DNA of 64,000 bases from Phycisphaerae bacterium. Lineage in GTDB: Bacteria; Planctomycetota; Phycisphaerae; UBA1845; Fen-1342. The notes under the pieces are model-generated. The model did no database searches, was not told the origin of the DNA, and saw only the letters and a program-made list of their open reading frames with translations. Shown here piece after piece: positions 54,858 to 64,000 of the stretch (position 1 is its first letter; every line of letters begins with the position of its first letter). Position numbers and translations under genes: made by a program. The stretch covers positions 19,113 through 83,112 of the forward strand of contig JASFQK010000031.1 of the NCBI GenBank assembly GCA_050115495.1, given 5' to 3'.

Positions 54858-56309
54858 TTAGCCGCGGCGGCGCAGCGACAGGATCAGGCCGCCGAGCAGC
54901 AGCAGCCCGGTCGCGGGCTCGGGGACGGTGAGGGCGTGCAACTCGAAGTTCTCGCTGTAGCCGCTGCTGTCGAAGCCGGTCGGCGCCATGAAGAACAACG
55001 TGTCGCCGACGAGGTTCAGATCGGTGATGCTGTAGCCGAACCACTCGCCGGGCGCGTCCCACACTCTGACCGTGCCTTCCTCGGTGCCATCCGACTTCCA
55101 GAGCGACGTCAGGACGGTCCACTCCTCGCTGCCCTGTTCGACGGTAGCGAAATAGACCTCGTCCCCGACCACCGTCAGGAACAGCGGGCTCGAAAGCGCA
55201 TCGCCCGGGTTAATATCCTTGATCATGTGCGTGCCGGCTTCGGAGCCGTCGGTCCACCAAAGCTCGATGCCATGCACGCCATCGTCGGCGGTGAAGACAA
55301 CGCCATCATTGAGCGCGGTGAAATACAGCGGGTCTGAGGCGCCGGTGGGGTTGATGTCGGCTATCTGAAGCGTTCCCGCCGCGGTCCCGTCGGTCCGCCA
55401 CACCTCTGCGCCATCAACGCCGTTGCTGGCGTTGAAGTACACGTAATTGTCAATCTGAGTCAGCATCGTAGGGGCACCCGAACCGGTGGGATTGATGTCC
55501 TTCAGCAACGTCGTGCCGGTTTCCGTGCCGTCGGTCCGCCACAGCTCGATACCGTGCGTGCTTTCGCGGGCCTGGAAAATGAGCTCGTTGCCGAGTCGCG
55601 TGAAGCTGGTCGGAATCGAGCCGGCGGGCCCGGGATTGATGTCCAGCACGCGGACCGTGCCGGCCTCGGTGCCGTCGCTGGTCCACAGTTCACGGTCATA
55701 ACCGTACGCTTCGTCGTAGCTGTCGTCGGCACCGAAGTACACCTGCCCGTTCAGCTCGGTGATGCCGCTGGGAAGCGACCAGTCGTTGAGGTGAATGTCC
55801 TTCACCATGTTCGTCTCCGGGCCCGTTCCATTCGACTTCCACAGCTCGATGCCGTACGCATTGAACGCGCGGAAGAACATGGTCCCCCCCACCGGCACAA
55901 ACACCTCCGGGTTGCCACTGTCGGGACCCGGGTTGCAGTCGGCCACGAACGCGGTGCCGGCGGCTGTGCCGTCGGTGGACCAGAGCTCGTTGCCGTTGAC
56001 GCCGTCGTTGGCCGCGTAGTAGAGCCGGCCGTTGTACTGGGTCATGCCCGTCGGGAAAGAGCCATCGAAGCCGGGCCGCAGATCGGAGACCATCTGCGTT
56101 CCGGCGAACGTACCATCGCTGCGCCACAGCTCGAAGCCGTGCACGTCGTCACTCGCATTGAAGTAGAGCGCGCCGTTGTAGACCGTGAAGCTGCTGGCGT
56201 AGGAGTCGCCGTTGGGGTTGATGTCCCTGACCAGATAGGGTGTCTGGGCGAGGGCGAGGACCGGGATGAGGGCAAGAAACAGGGTTGCGCTGAGGCTTCT
56301 TCGAAACAC
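54858..56309 (-). CDS. ELWxxDGT-repeat beta-propeller with PEP-CTERM
   Basis: About 8 repeats of ELW(R/S/T)(S/T)DGT..GT..VxDINPG; C-terminal VPEPATGLLLLGGLILSLRRRG; GGAGG RBS. Confidence 0.92.
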   Translation of the reverse strand: MFRRSLSATLFLALIPVLALAQTPYLVRDINPNGDSYASSFTVYNGALYFNASDDVHGFELWRSDGTFAGTQMVSDLRPGFDGSFPTGMTQYNGRLYYAANDGVNGNELWSTDGTAAGTAFVADCNPGPDSGNPEVFVPVGGTMFFRAFNAYGIELWKSNGTGPETNMVKDIHLNDWSLPSGITELNGQVYFGADDSYDEAYGYDRELWTSDGTEAGTVRVLDINPGPAGSIPTSFTRLGNELIFQARESTHGIELWRTDGTETGTTLLKDINPTGSGAPTMLTQIDNYVYFNASNGVDGAEVWRTDGTAAGTLQIADINPTGASDPLYFTALNDGVVFTADDGVHGIELWWTDGSEAGTHMIKDINPGDALSSPLFLTVVGDEVYFATVEQGSEEWTVLTSLWKSDGTEEGTVRVWDAPGEWFGYSITDLNLVGDTLFFMAPTGFDSSGYSENFELHALTVPEPATGLLLLGGLILSLRRRG

Positions 56310-56493
56310 ACTCCACCTCCGGGATTGGGGATACCGCCGGACTTCGCTCGACTCTGGAACGACGTTCCCAGGAAGCTTGATACCGAGCGGTCGGCGTAAG
56401 GGTCATCCTATCTGACGAGGGGCGACCATTGCAAGCAATATTTCATGCAATTTTGTCCGAGACTTTGCTCGCTATTGCCGGTATTATGGAGCC

Positions 56494-57834
56494 ATGACGC
56501 GACGCGGAACCGAGCCCGACTCGGCGCCACGCCTGGATGACGCCATCGAACCGACTCCGGGGAGTCCCCCGGATTCTGCGGCGTCTCCTGGTGCCACCGC
56601 GGAGTTTCTGACCGCACTCGACGGCGCGATCGCTCCCCTCCAGCGGGCCATGGAAACGCTGCTGAACGTCGCCGCCCGGGCGTGCGATTCCGCCACCGGG
56701 CTCGCCCGGGCCCTCAAGATTGAGAACACGCTCGCGTGGCGCATTTGGCGGCTCGTCCAGGCTCGCACGGGGGAAGAGGCGGCCGGCTTCGTGGTGGGCC
56801 CCGCGGCGCTGGAGAAGTTGCTGACGGCCTGCGCCAGACGGTCCGTCGACCAGACGCTGATCGACGCCGTCCGTGACACGCACTGCGCCTATCGCCTGTT
56901 CGTCGAGCGCCGCGCCGGAGACGAACCGACGCTGCGCACCATGCTGACGGCGACGTCCGCCGACCCCGCGGCGATCGAGAACGCCAACCGCCTGATGTTC
57001 AACGCCAACTGCCTGCGAGTCGGCGTGCAGGCGGCGTCGCAACTGCGCTGCTGCGTGATGTACCCCGGCAGCCTGGAGGGCATCTCCAGCGCCGCCGTCG
57101 TGGACATGTTCAGCAACCTCTGGTGGCTGCGCGGCGAAGGGCAGGCGGTCTTTCGCGTCGTACGCCTGTTTCACACAAGTCCCGCGGACGACGATCCCGG
57201 GTCGCCGGTGTTGCACCTGTCGACGCCGCTCGATCCGGCGGAGACATCGGTCGCGGAGAACGGTGCGACCCCGACCGTGCCGTTCATGCCGCGTTTCTGT
57301 GCTGGCGGCGCGACGACCGTGGATTGCCAGCAGATCGGCGGTTCGATGGTGTACTTCATCAAGCCGGTCGCCATCGGCCTCGACCAGACCGCCACGATGT
57401 GCTTCGGCGAGATTCAGCACGATTGCATCCTGCCGCTCACAGAAGACCCGCAGATGATCTTCAGCACGGCTTGCCTGATCCCGTCCGAGTCGCTGGTGCT
57501 CGAGGTCTACGTGTACGAGGACCTCGTCAAGGAAGGCTTCGCGTATCGCCCAATGATCACCGATATGCTGTTCCGACCGCCTGAAGCGAGCTTATGGTCT
57601 CCGCGGGTCGAGCCGGCCGCGATCGGTGGCTCTTTCGCGGCGATCCCACCGACGGCAATGATAGACAGCCCGCTCAAGTCGACGGTCTACCGCGACCTGG
57701 TGAGTCACGTTTTCGAACGGATCGGCATGAAGCGCGAGCAGTTTCACTGCTATCGCCTGCGCCTGCCGACGCCTCGGCTGGGCCTGATGGTGAGCCTGAT
57801 CGCCGGCGAGGATGTCGATCAGCCCGAATCGTGA
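56494..57834 (+). CDS. Hypothetical protein, possible N-terminal HTH regulator
   Basis: SATGLARALKIENTLAWRIWRL resembles a helix-turn-helix; no signal peptide or TM; divergent from the ELWxxDGT gene. Confidence 0.6.
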   Translation: MTRRGTEPDSAPRLDDAIEPTPGSPPDSAASPGATAEFLTALDGAIAPLQRAMETLLNVAARACDSATGLARALKIENTLAWRIWRLVQARTGEEAAGFVVGPAALEKLLTACARRSVDQTLIDAVRDTHCAYRLFVERRAGDEPTLRTMLTATSADPAAIENANRLMFNANCLRVGVQAASQLRCCVMYPGSLEGISSAAVVDMFSNLWWLRGEGQAVFRVVRLFHTSPADDDPGSPVLHLSTPLDPAETSVAENGATPTVPFMPRFCAGGATTVDCQQIGGSMVYFIKPVAIGLDQTATMCFGEIQHDCILPLTEDPQMIFSTACLIPSESLVLEVYVYEDLVKEGFAYRPMITDMLFRPPEASLWSPRVEPAAIGGSFAAIPPTAMIDSPLKSTVYRDLVSHVFERIGMKREQFHCYRLRLPTPRLGLMVSLIAGEDVDQPES

Positions 57835-58110
57835 GTTGGTTCGAGCGACCGACCGATGCTGTCCGCTCAGCTCAGTCGACGGTTGGTCAAGTCGATCAAG
57901 AACAGGTCGGATCCTCACTCGCCGGCCGGTTGTCACCGAGCGGTGGCGAGCGGTGGATTGCGTGACGCCGGTGCACTTCGTGAGCCCGCGCGGTACGGCC
58001 AGTCACGAATAGACGACGGAATTCGCCACAGCCAACATGGACGCGGGCTGAGCCGAGACGAACTCAGATCGGCCTGATCGGACTACGCGCCTGTGCCGGC
58101 ACACCGCGGC

Positions 58111-59043
58111 TCAGTTGCCGTAGTGCAACTGGAACGCCGACACGTCGTGCAGGTCGACGTCTTCATCGTCGTCGGACTGGAGGCAGGTGCAGTCCAGCGA
58201 CGGGATCTCCGGGCCCAGGAGGCAATCGGGCAGTGCGGCGAGGTCCGCCGGCCCGACGGTGCCGTCGCAGTCGCAGTCGCCGAAGACCAGGTTGGTCGGG
58301 TTGCACAGCGACAGATTCGCCGAGGTCTCGAGGTAGATGTCGTCGAAATAGGTCGGGCCGAAGCCGCTGCTGCCGCCGGAGGTCTTGATGTAGAAGTTCT
58401 GGAGCGCGCTGTTGTCGCCGGTGCGGAAGTCGAACGTCTCGTCGCCGTCGGGTGCGGCGAGTTTGTCGGCCGCGGTGGCGACGCCGCCGGGCACGTCATT
58501 CAGCCATACTTCGTAGTAGTTCCCCGCCGTATCGACCCGCACCCAGACGTTGTACCACGTGTCCGGCGTGAGCTGGACCAGCGCTTCGTAGTTGCCGCCG
58601 TCGTCGTCCCAAACACGCAGATCGAGGTTCGGCGTGTTGTTGGCCATGCCGAGTTCCGGGGCGAAGTCGCTGTATTCACTCGGGCTCGTCCACGGCGACA
58701 GGCCAACGGAGAACGTCTGGCGGTTGGCGACGCGCATGCGGAAGAAGAACATCCGGCTCGTGCCGTCGGGGAACGCGAGCCCCTCGGCACTCAGCGCCTT
58801 GCGCAACACCGACGACTCGGACGGGACATACAGGCACTGGTTCAGCGCGTCCGCCGGATCGATGACGACGGCGTTGCCGCCGCCGAAGGAGGACCAGTCA
58901 TCCTGGCCGTGAAGCGGTCCCAGCGTTTCGTCCGACAGATCGTCGAACAACCGGTAGTCTGCGAGGGACACGCAAGCTGTCGTCGCGACAGCGAGAAGAA
59001 GCACGATCGTGGTACGGCATCTGCCCATCGGCAACGTGACCAT
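58111..59043 (-). CDS. Secreted beta-sandwich (lectin/LamG-like) protein with Cys-containing dockerin-like tail
   Basis: AGGAGG RBS; signal peptide; TPDTWYNVWVRVD...YYEVWLN...YFDDIYL; GDCDCDGTVGPADL and SDDDEDVDLHDV loops. Confidence 0.7.
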   Translation of the reverse strand: MVTLPMGRCRTTIVLLLAVATTACVSLADYRLFDDLSDETLGPLHGQDDWSSFGGGNAVVIDPADALNQCLYVPSESSVLRKALSAEGLAFPDGTSRMFFFRMRVANRQTFSVGLSPWTSPSEYSDFAPELGMANNTPNLDLRVWDDDGGNYEALVQLTPDTWYNVWVRVDTAGNYYEVWLNDVPGGVATAADKLAAPDGDETFDFRTGDNSALQNFYIKTSGGSSGFGPTYFDDIYLETSANLSLCNPTNLVFGDCDCDGTVGPADLAALPDCLLGPEIPSLDCTCLQSDDDEDVDLHDVSAFQLHYGN

Positions 59044-59435
59044 CTGTCATCCTCCTGAACGTGGATGGGTTCCGCGGAGGGCACTTTCGTCCTGAGTGCC
59101 CAACCGGCTCGCCGCGGAAACAAAGAGCGATAACCGCGCACAGGCCCGATCTTAGCGTAGAGGCGCGGGATCACGCGCGGGATTTGCCGTGCTGAGTGCA
59201 GGATGATGTGCGGACGAGCGAACGCTCGGGCTGGATTGGCGACCGCACATCTCCTGGATCACGCTCGCCGCGCTGCGAGACTCCGGCACAGATGCGGTCA
59301 GGTCCGGCGGAACCACTGCGGTCCGGGTCGGCAGCCCTGCACCGACGTCTACTCGGGGCCGGCGGCACTTGACGATTCGACGACAAAATGGGGAATGCAC
59401 CCCCATTACGGCCGCGAAACGTCAAGCCGGCCGGG

Positions 59436-62000
59436 TCACTCGTTGGGCGTGGCGGTCGGCGGTTGTTCCAGTCGCTCGAAGCGGCGGACGAGGCGGTCGT
59501 AGAGGGTGCCGCCGGCGCTGTCGGGGCTGATCATGAAGACGCGGCGGCCGCCAGCGCGGGTCAGGTGGATGTAGTCGCACTCCAGGCCGTCGATGACTTG
59601 CAGCGTCAGCGGGGCGAGGTCGTCGATCGAGTTATCGGACAAAAACGCCCGCAGGTCCCGCCACTCCTCCTCAGTCAGCCGGCGGACTTGAACCTCCTCT
59701 TCGCCGCGGTCGTGCCGCAGTTCGACCTCCTGACCGCTGACGGTAATCACATACTGCCCCCAATACCCCCAGTTCGAGACGCCTACCAACGCGATGACTT
59801 CGTCCGGGCCATCATCGGCGCAGACGGTCTTCTGAAGCTCCCGCTCCCAGCCTCTGACACTCTCACGCACCGAGTATCCGCCGTTGAAGGCCTGCCAGGC
59901 ACCGAGGATCCGCGCTTCGCCGGGATGGTGGCTCAGGACGAGCTGGCGAGCGGCGGGGCTGTCTTCGCTTTCCAGGTAGGACTCCGCGGCTGTGGCGACA
60001 CGGTCATTCGCCAACGACAGCAGTTCGCCGACCCGCGGCAAGGGAAGCGCCACGCGCGCCAATCTGGCGCAGGCCAGCAACGCCTGCTGCGCAACACTGT
60101 CCGAACCGGCGAGGATCTGCTCACGCCGGACGGCGTCGGGCAGCAGGCACGCCGCGATGCCGGCCGGTGCGCCGCCCTGCTCGCAGAGCTTCTCCAGCGC
60201 TTCGCGGGTGTTGCCGGCCAGCGACGCCCGCCGATCCAGGGCCGTGCGGACGGTGGCCGGATCGGCGGTCCCCGCCGCTATACGGCGTACCACCTCTCGA
60301 TCGACGGGCGCCGCCGGCCAAGCGCGGATGGCCAACCACAGGCTTCTCGATACGGCCGGATTCGCGGCATGCAGCTCGGCAACGCGCGAGACCAGCCTCT
60401 CGGCGACCGCCTCGCTCGGCGTTTCCCAATCCACGGCCAGATACCTACCCATGCTGAGCTCGGGCTCGAGCGGCGCGGCGTCATCCGACGAGCGCAGAGC
60501 CTGCTTCACCCGCTCCCAGCCCTCGTCGGTGCTGACCGCACGGGCGTACGCCTCGACGGCCGAGGCGGACTCCTCGACGGATAGACCGCCGAGCGACGCC
60601 AGCGCTGCGAGTATGTCTCGGCGATGTGACTGCTCAGTCTCGCGCGCTACAGCCGCTCTCAGAATGGGAACAGCCTCTTTCACACCGTAGTGCGCCAGCG
60701 CATCAGCGGCGCCCGCGAGGGCAGAACCCGTATCATGGCCGGCAACCCAAAGGAGCCCCTCCTTGCACTCCGGCAGGTCCACTTCATCAAGGCTGTGTAT
60801 CAACCCAAGTCGGCCCTGCCCGCACCGATCGGCTGCCCAAGCCGGATTGGTCAACCACGGCAACAGGGGGCGCAGCGTCTCCGCACTGGCGCCCCCGTCG
60901 TTGAGCTGAACCAGACAGCTCACGGCGGCGTTGTGGGCGGCAACATCTTTGCCGCCGACGAACGGCACGATGCGCGGGATCCAGTAGTCGGGAGCGTCCC
61001 ATACCACGGCCTCGAGTGCCGATATGAGCGTGCGGTCCGTGACCGCGCCGAGCGCCGATTCGGAGAACAGCGACAGGAACCACTCGTCCCGGCCCGGCCA
61101 CTGCTCGGCCATGAGCGCATCACACGCCTCGTCGCGAGCGTCCTCTACCGCCGAGTGGTCCGCCACGATCTGTTTTAACTGCTCGCGAAACGCGCTCTGC
61201 GCGGCACGATCTTCGACCTGCCCGGCGTGGGCGTAGAGAACACCCAGGCTGATTGCCGCAACGTGCGGTTGATCGCCGGTCAAATGCTTCCGCAGAATGG
61301 GCTCGGCGGTCGCCCAGTCTTTGATGGCCAGCGTGTGCAACGCGCAATAGCCCGTGACCCAGTATCCTCCGTCCTTCGCCGCCTGTGCAGCGGCGATCAA
61401 CTGGGGGCGGAAACGATCGCTGTACGTAATGAGCCACGCCCGCACATCCTCACACCACCACTCGTCGTCCTTCCCGGCTCGCTTCAACGCAGTGAGAATC
61501 CGCTCAACACGTTCGTGGACGGCGGGCTCGTCCGGGAGCAGATCCACCACGTTCGCCAGCCCGCCTGGCTGCTCTTCGCAGGCTTCAAGCAGCCTCAGTC
61601 CGACGCTCCGCGATACGGACGCCGGCCCGCCGGTCTCCGGCCAGGCGTGGTCCGCCCAGTACCCCAGCAGGACGTCAGGCGCGGCGTCTTCCGGCGGCTC
61701 GCCTTCGAACCAGTCACGCTGGGCAGCGGGCAGGCCTTCGTTCCGTTTGCGGGCCTGCTCCTCCCAGTCCGGCGGCGGCGCGGGAAGCGCCAGCAGCCCG
61801 TCGATCAGCTCGGACCAGGTGGCGGCGTTCGGCGACGCCGGCGGCGTCGCCATCTGTGCGGTCGAGAACGCAGCCACCATCAACGCCGTAGCCACGGCAA
61901 ACGCGAACCTCTGCCCCATGCCAGGTACTCCACGATTCATCACAAGGGGCCTCCCTGGGCTGTGCCGGCGGTCCGCACCGCCGTCCCTCTCATTTTCCAT
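59436..62000 (-). CDS. Large secreted HEAT-repeat/alpha-solenoid protein (start uncertain)
   Basis: Signal-like FAFAVATALMVAAFSTA; HEAT-like GAADALAHYGVKEAVPILRAAV and LLSLANDRVATAAESYL. Confidence 0.7.
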   Translation of the reverse strand: MENERDGGADRRHSPGRPLVMNRGVPGMGQRFAFAVATALMVAAFSTAQMATPPASPNAATWSELIDGLLALPAPPPDWEEQARKRNEGLPAAQRDWFEGEPPEDAAPDVLLGYWADHAWPETGGPASVSRSVGLRLLEACEEQPGGLANVVDLLPDEPAVHERVERILTALKRAGKDDEWWCEDVRAWLITYSDRFRPQLIAAAQAAKDGGYWVTGYCALHTLAIKDWATAEPILRKHLTGDQPHVAAISLGVLYAHAGQVEDRAAQSAFREQLKQIVADHSAVEDARDEACDALMAEQWPGRDEWFLSLFSESALGAVTDRTLISALEAVVWDAPDYWIPRIVPFVGGKDVAAHNAAVSCLVQLNDGGASAETLRPLLPWLTNPAWAADRCGQGRLGLIHSLDEVDLPECKEGLLWVAGHDTGSALAGAADALAHYGVKEAVPILRAAVARETEQSHRRDILAALASLGGLSVEESASAVEAYARAVSTDEGWERVKQALRSSDDAAPLEPELSMGRYLAVDWETPSEAVAERLVSRVAELHAANPAVSRSLWLAIRAWPAAPVDREVVRRIAAGTADPATVRTALDRRASLAGNTREALEKLCEQGGAPAGIAACLLPDAVRREQILAGSDSVAQQALLACARLARVALPLPRVGELLSLANDRVATAAESYLESEDSPAARQLVLSHHPGEARILGAWQAFNGGYSVRESVRGWERELQKTVCADDGPDEVIALVGVSNWGYWGQYVITVSGQEVELRHDRGEEEVQVRRLTEEEWRDLRAFLSDNSIDDLAPLTLQVIDGLECDYIHLTRAGGRRVFMISPDSAGGTLYDRLVRRFERLEQPPTATPNE

Positions 62001-62236
62001 TATCTGCCCCCTGTCCAGCCTCCGCTACGCGACGCCGGTAGAGCACGATCATACGCCGTATGACTCGGGCGACCGGGTTTCGGGAACCGCGGCGGCTTGG
62101 GGGCGTCTCACTGAATAGCGGCCACATCGCACCCCATCGTCGGCGGGCCTTGCGCCTTGCCCGGGTCGCGGCGGCGGGTGACGATGTGGCCGGACAGATC
62201 TGGTCCGCGGTCTGCATGACGATCGGAGGTTCGGGC

Positions 62237-63469
62237 ATGACACACGTATTCACACTGGGCGTGGTGGCGGCGCTGGTGGCGGCCGTGGCGAGCGGGGCGT
62301 TTCTGGCGGCGGCGGGTGATGGCGACGACAAGCCGCCGACGGATGGGGACCAACAGGCGGCGGCCGCGGGGAACACGGCGTTCGCCCTCGACCTGTACGG
62401 CCGGCTGCGGGAGACCGAGGGCAACCTGCTCATGAGCCCATACAGCGTATCTACTGCATTGGCCATGACTTACGGCGGAGCGCGGGGCGAGACGGCAAGG
62501 CAGATGGCCCAGGTGCTGCATTTCGACCTGCCGGCCGACAAGTTTCATCCGGCGTTCGCCAGGTTGCAGGCGGCGCTGAAGTCGGCGGACCGCGAGGGCG
62601 GGCCGACGCTGAACGTCGCGAACGCGTTGTGGGGGCAGAAGGGGTATGGCTTCCTGCCGGAGTTCCTGGCGCTGGCCAGCGATCAGTACAGGGCCGGCTG
62701 CCGCGAGGTCGACTTCGCCGGCGCCACCGAGCAGGCGCGGCAGACGATCAACACGTGGGTCGATGAGCAGACGCGGCATAAGATCGCGGAGCTGCTGCAC
62801 GAGGGCGATCTCGACGCCGCCGTCGGGCTGGTGCTGACGAACGCGATCCACTTCAAAGGAAGCTGGGCGGCGCAATTCGACCCGCAGCGGACGCGCGACG
62901 GCACGTTTCATGCAGGTGCCGCCGGCGACGTCATCGTGCCGATGATGAGCCAGTTTGGGGAGTTCCCGCTGGCGTTTGGCGATGACGTGGATGTGCTCGA
63001 ACTGCCGTACGCCGGCGAGCGGTTGAGTATGGTGATCGTGTTGCCGAAGGCGATGGACGGGCTGGCGGAGGTCGAACGGTCGCTCAGTCCGGCGAAGCTG
63101 GACGGGTGGCTCGGCGGGCTACGGGCGCAGAACGTGCGCGTGGCGCTGCCGCGGTTCACGCTGGATACGCGGTTCGACCTAGCGAAGACGCTGCAGGCGA
63201 TGGGGATGACCGACGCGTTCACGCCGGGAGCGGCGGACTTCTCGGGCATGACGGGGACGCGCGACCTGTACATTGGGCTGGTGATCCATCAGGCGCGGGC
63301 GGAGGTCAACGAAGAGGGTACCGAAGCGGCCGCCGGCTCGGCGGTGGTGATGAAGCGGGCGGGCATACCGCCGGCGTTCACGGTGGATCATCCGTTCCTG
63401 CTGCTGATCCGCGATCGGCAAACGGGGACGTTGTTGTTTGTGGGGCGGGTGGCGAATCCGGCAGAGTAG
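62237..63469 (+). CDS. Secreted serpin (serine protease inhibitor family)
   Basis: GGAGGT RBS; NTAFALDLY; SPYSVSTALAM; INTWV; NAIHFKGSW; hinge EEGTEAAAG; DHPFLLLIRD..TGTLLFVGRV. Confidence 0.96.
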   Translation: MTHVFTLGVVAALVAAVASGAFLAAAGDGDDKPPTDGDQQAAAAGNTAFALDLYGRLRETEGNLLMSPYSVSTALAMTYGGARGETARQMAQVLHFDLPADKFHPAFARLQAALKSADREGGPTLNVANALWGQKGYGFLPEFLALASDQYRAGCREVDFAGATEQARQTINTWVDEQTRHKIAELLHEGDLDAAVGLVLTNAIHFKGSWAAQFDPQRTRDGTFHAGAAGDVIVPMMSQFGEFPLAFGDDVDVLELPYAGERLSMVIVLPKAMDGLAEVERSLSPAKLDGWLGGLRAQNVRVALPRFTLDTRFDLAKTLQAMGMTDAFTPGAADFSGMTGTRDLYIGLVIHQARAEVNEEGTEAAAGSAVVMKRAGIPPAFTVDHPFLLLIRDRQTGTLLFVGRVANPAE

Positions 63470-63483
63470 CGGCGCGCGGTGCG

Positions 63484-63822
63484 CGTAGCGGCCGGGCTCC
63501 GTACCGGACGTCTTCGGTGAGCCGTAAGCCTTGAGCCGTCAGCCGTCAGCCGTCAGCCGTCAGCCGTCAGCCAGATTGTGGCACCGGATTGCATCCGGTG
63601 TGTTGGTGCGCGCTCACTCACGCATCGACACCTGCACTGGTGGGCAAGCCACCAGTGGCACCCGGCGCTCACTCGCCCAACGACACAACGCACTGGTGGA
63701 CGAGCCACCAGTGGCACCGAGGGCATCGATATTCGCAGTAGTGTGAGTCACCAGTGACACGTGCCGGCCTTCTGGACGTCCAGTAGGGACTGCATGAGTG
63801 TAGCCCAGCACGCAGTGCTGGG
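63484..63822. repeat. Composite cluster of REP-like modules and a heptamer repeat
   Basis: Contains the 5947-type unit (63484-63515), (NNNAGCC)x8 (63517-63572), two GCACTGGTGG..CCACCAGTGGCACC units (63634-63663, 63690-63718) and a left-arm fragment of the 48633 element (63778-63822). Confidence 0.85.
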
Positions 63823-64000
63823 ACTGGCGAACGCCCGCCCCTTCCAAGCCCCGGCGGAACGGCGGGTGGAACTCAATGGTACTAACCTTGTCACGCGGCT
63901 CGTTTCTTGGTGTTTGCTCGTGGTGGTGGAGCGGTGGGCAGCTTGCTGGGGCGTTTCAGCTTGCCGTGGCCTTTGTTTTTGGTTTTCGTGTCATGCGGAC

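Noticed and set aside
63634..63718. Two ~30-bp palindromic repeats with a 26-nt spacer as a mini CRISPR array
   Set aside because: Only two non-identical units, an isolated inverted copy at 43116, and no cas genes; REP-like is the better explanation.

Overview
A high-GC window from a flagellated bacterium. It is most likely a Planctomycetota (Phycisphaerae-like) genome, inferred from dockerin-tailed secreted proteins, six PEP-CTERM proteins, a prepilin/H-X9-DG protein and a DUF2617-like gene. Contents in order: the end of a sigma54-type flagellar operon (flgF-G-A-H-I-J-N); a dockerin-tailed propeller protein; a prenyltransferase-repeat protein; TPR genes; a half-length uvrA; accA, tyrA, purL and ribF; twin PEP-CTERM paralogs with a conserved structured leader; a cobalamin-riboswitch-led operon; a methylmalonyl-CoA mutase / epimerase / Na+-translocating decarboxylase / BirA / MeaB cluster with divergent sigma54-like promoters; proS, truB and ffh; tRNA-Ser(GGA); and accessory secreted proteins including a serpin. 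Several REP-like palindrome families recur between genes. The best candidate for an undescribed system is the riboswitch operon: a PEP-CTERM beta-propeller, a BtuH-like domain with a dockerin tail and a pseudopilin-like protein, with no BtuB/BtuFCD genes in the window. It may be a surface corrinoid-capture module, and it lies about 2 kb from the cluster holding the B12-dependent mutase. All family calls come from motif recognition by eye; no database searches were run. Some starts were moved from the ORF track to codons with a better ribosome-binding site.
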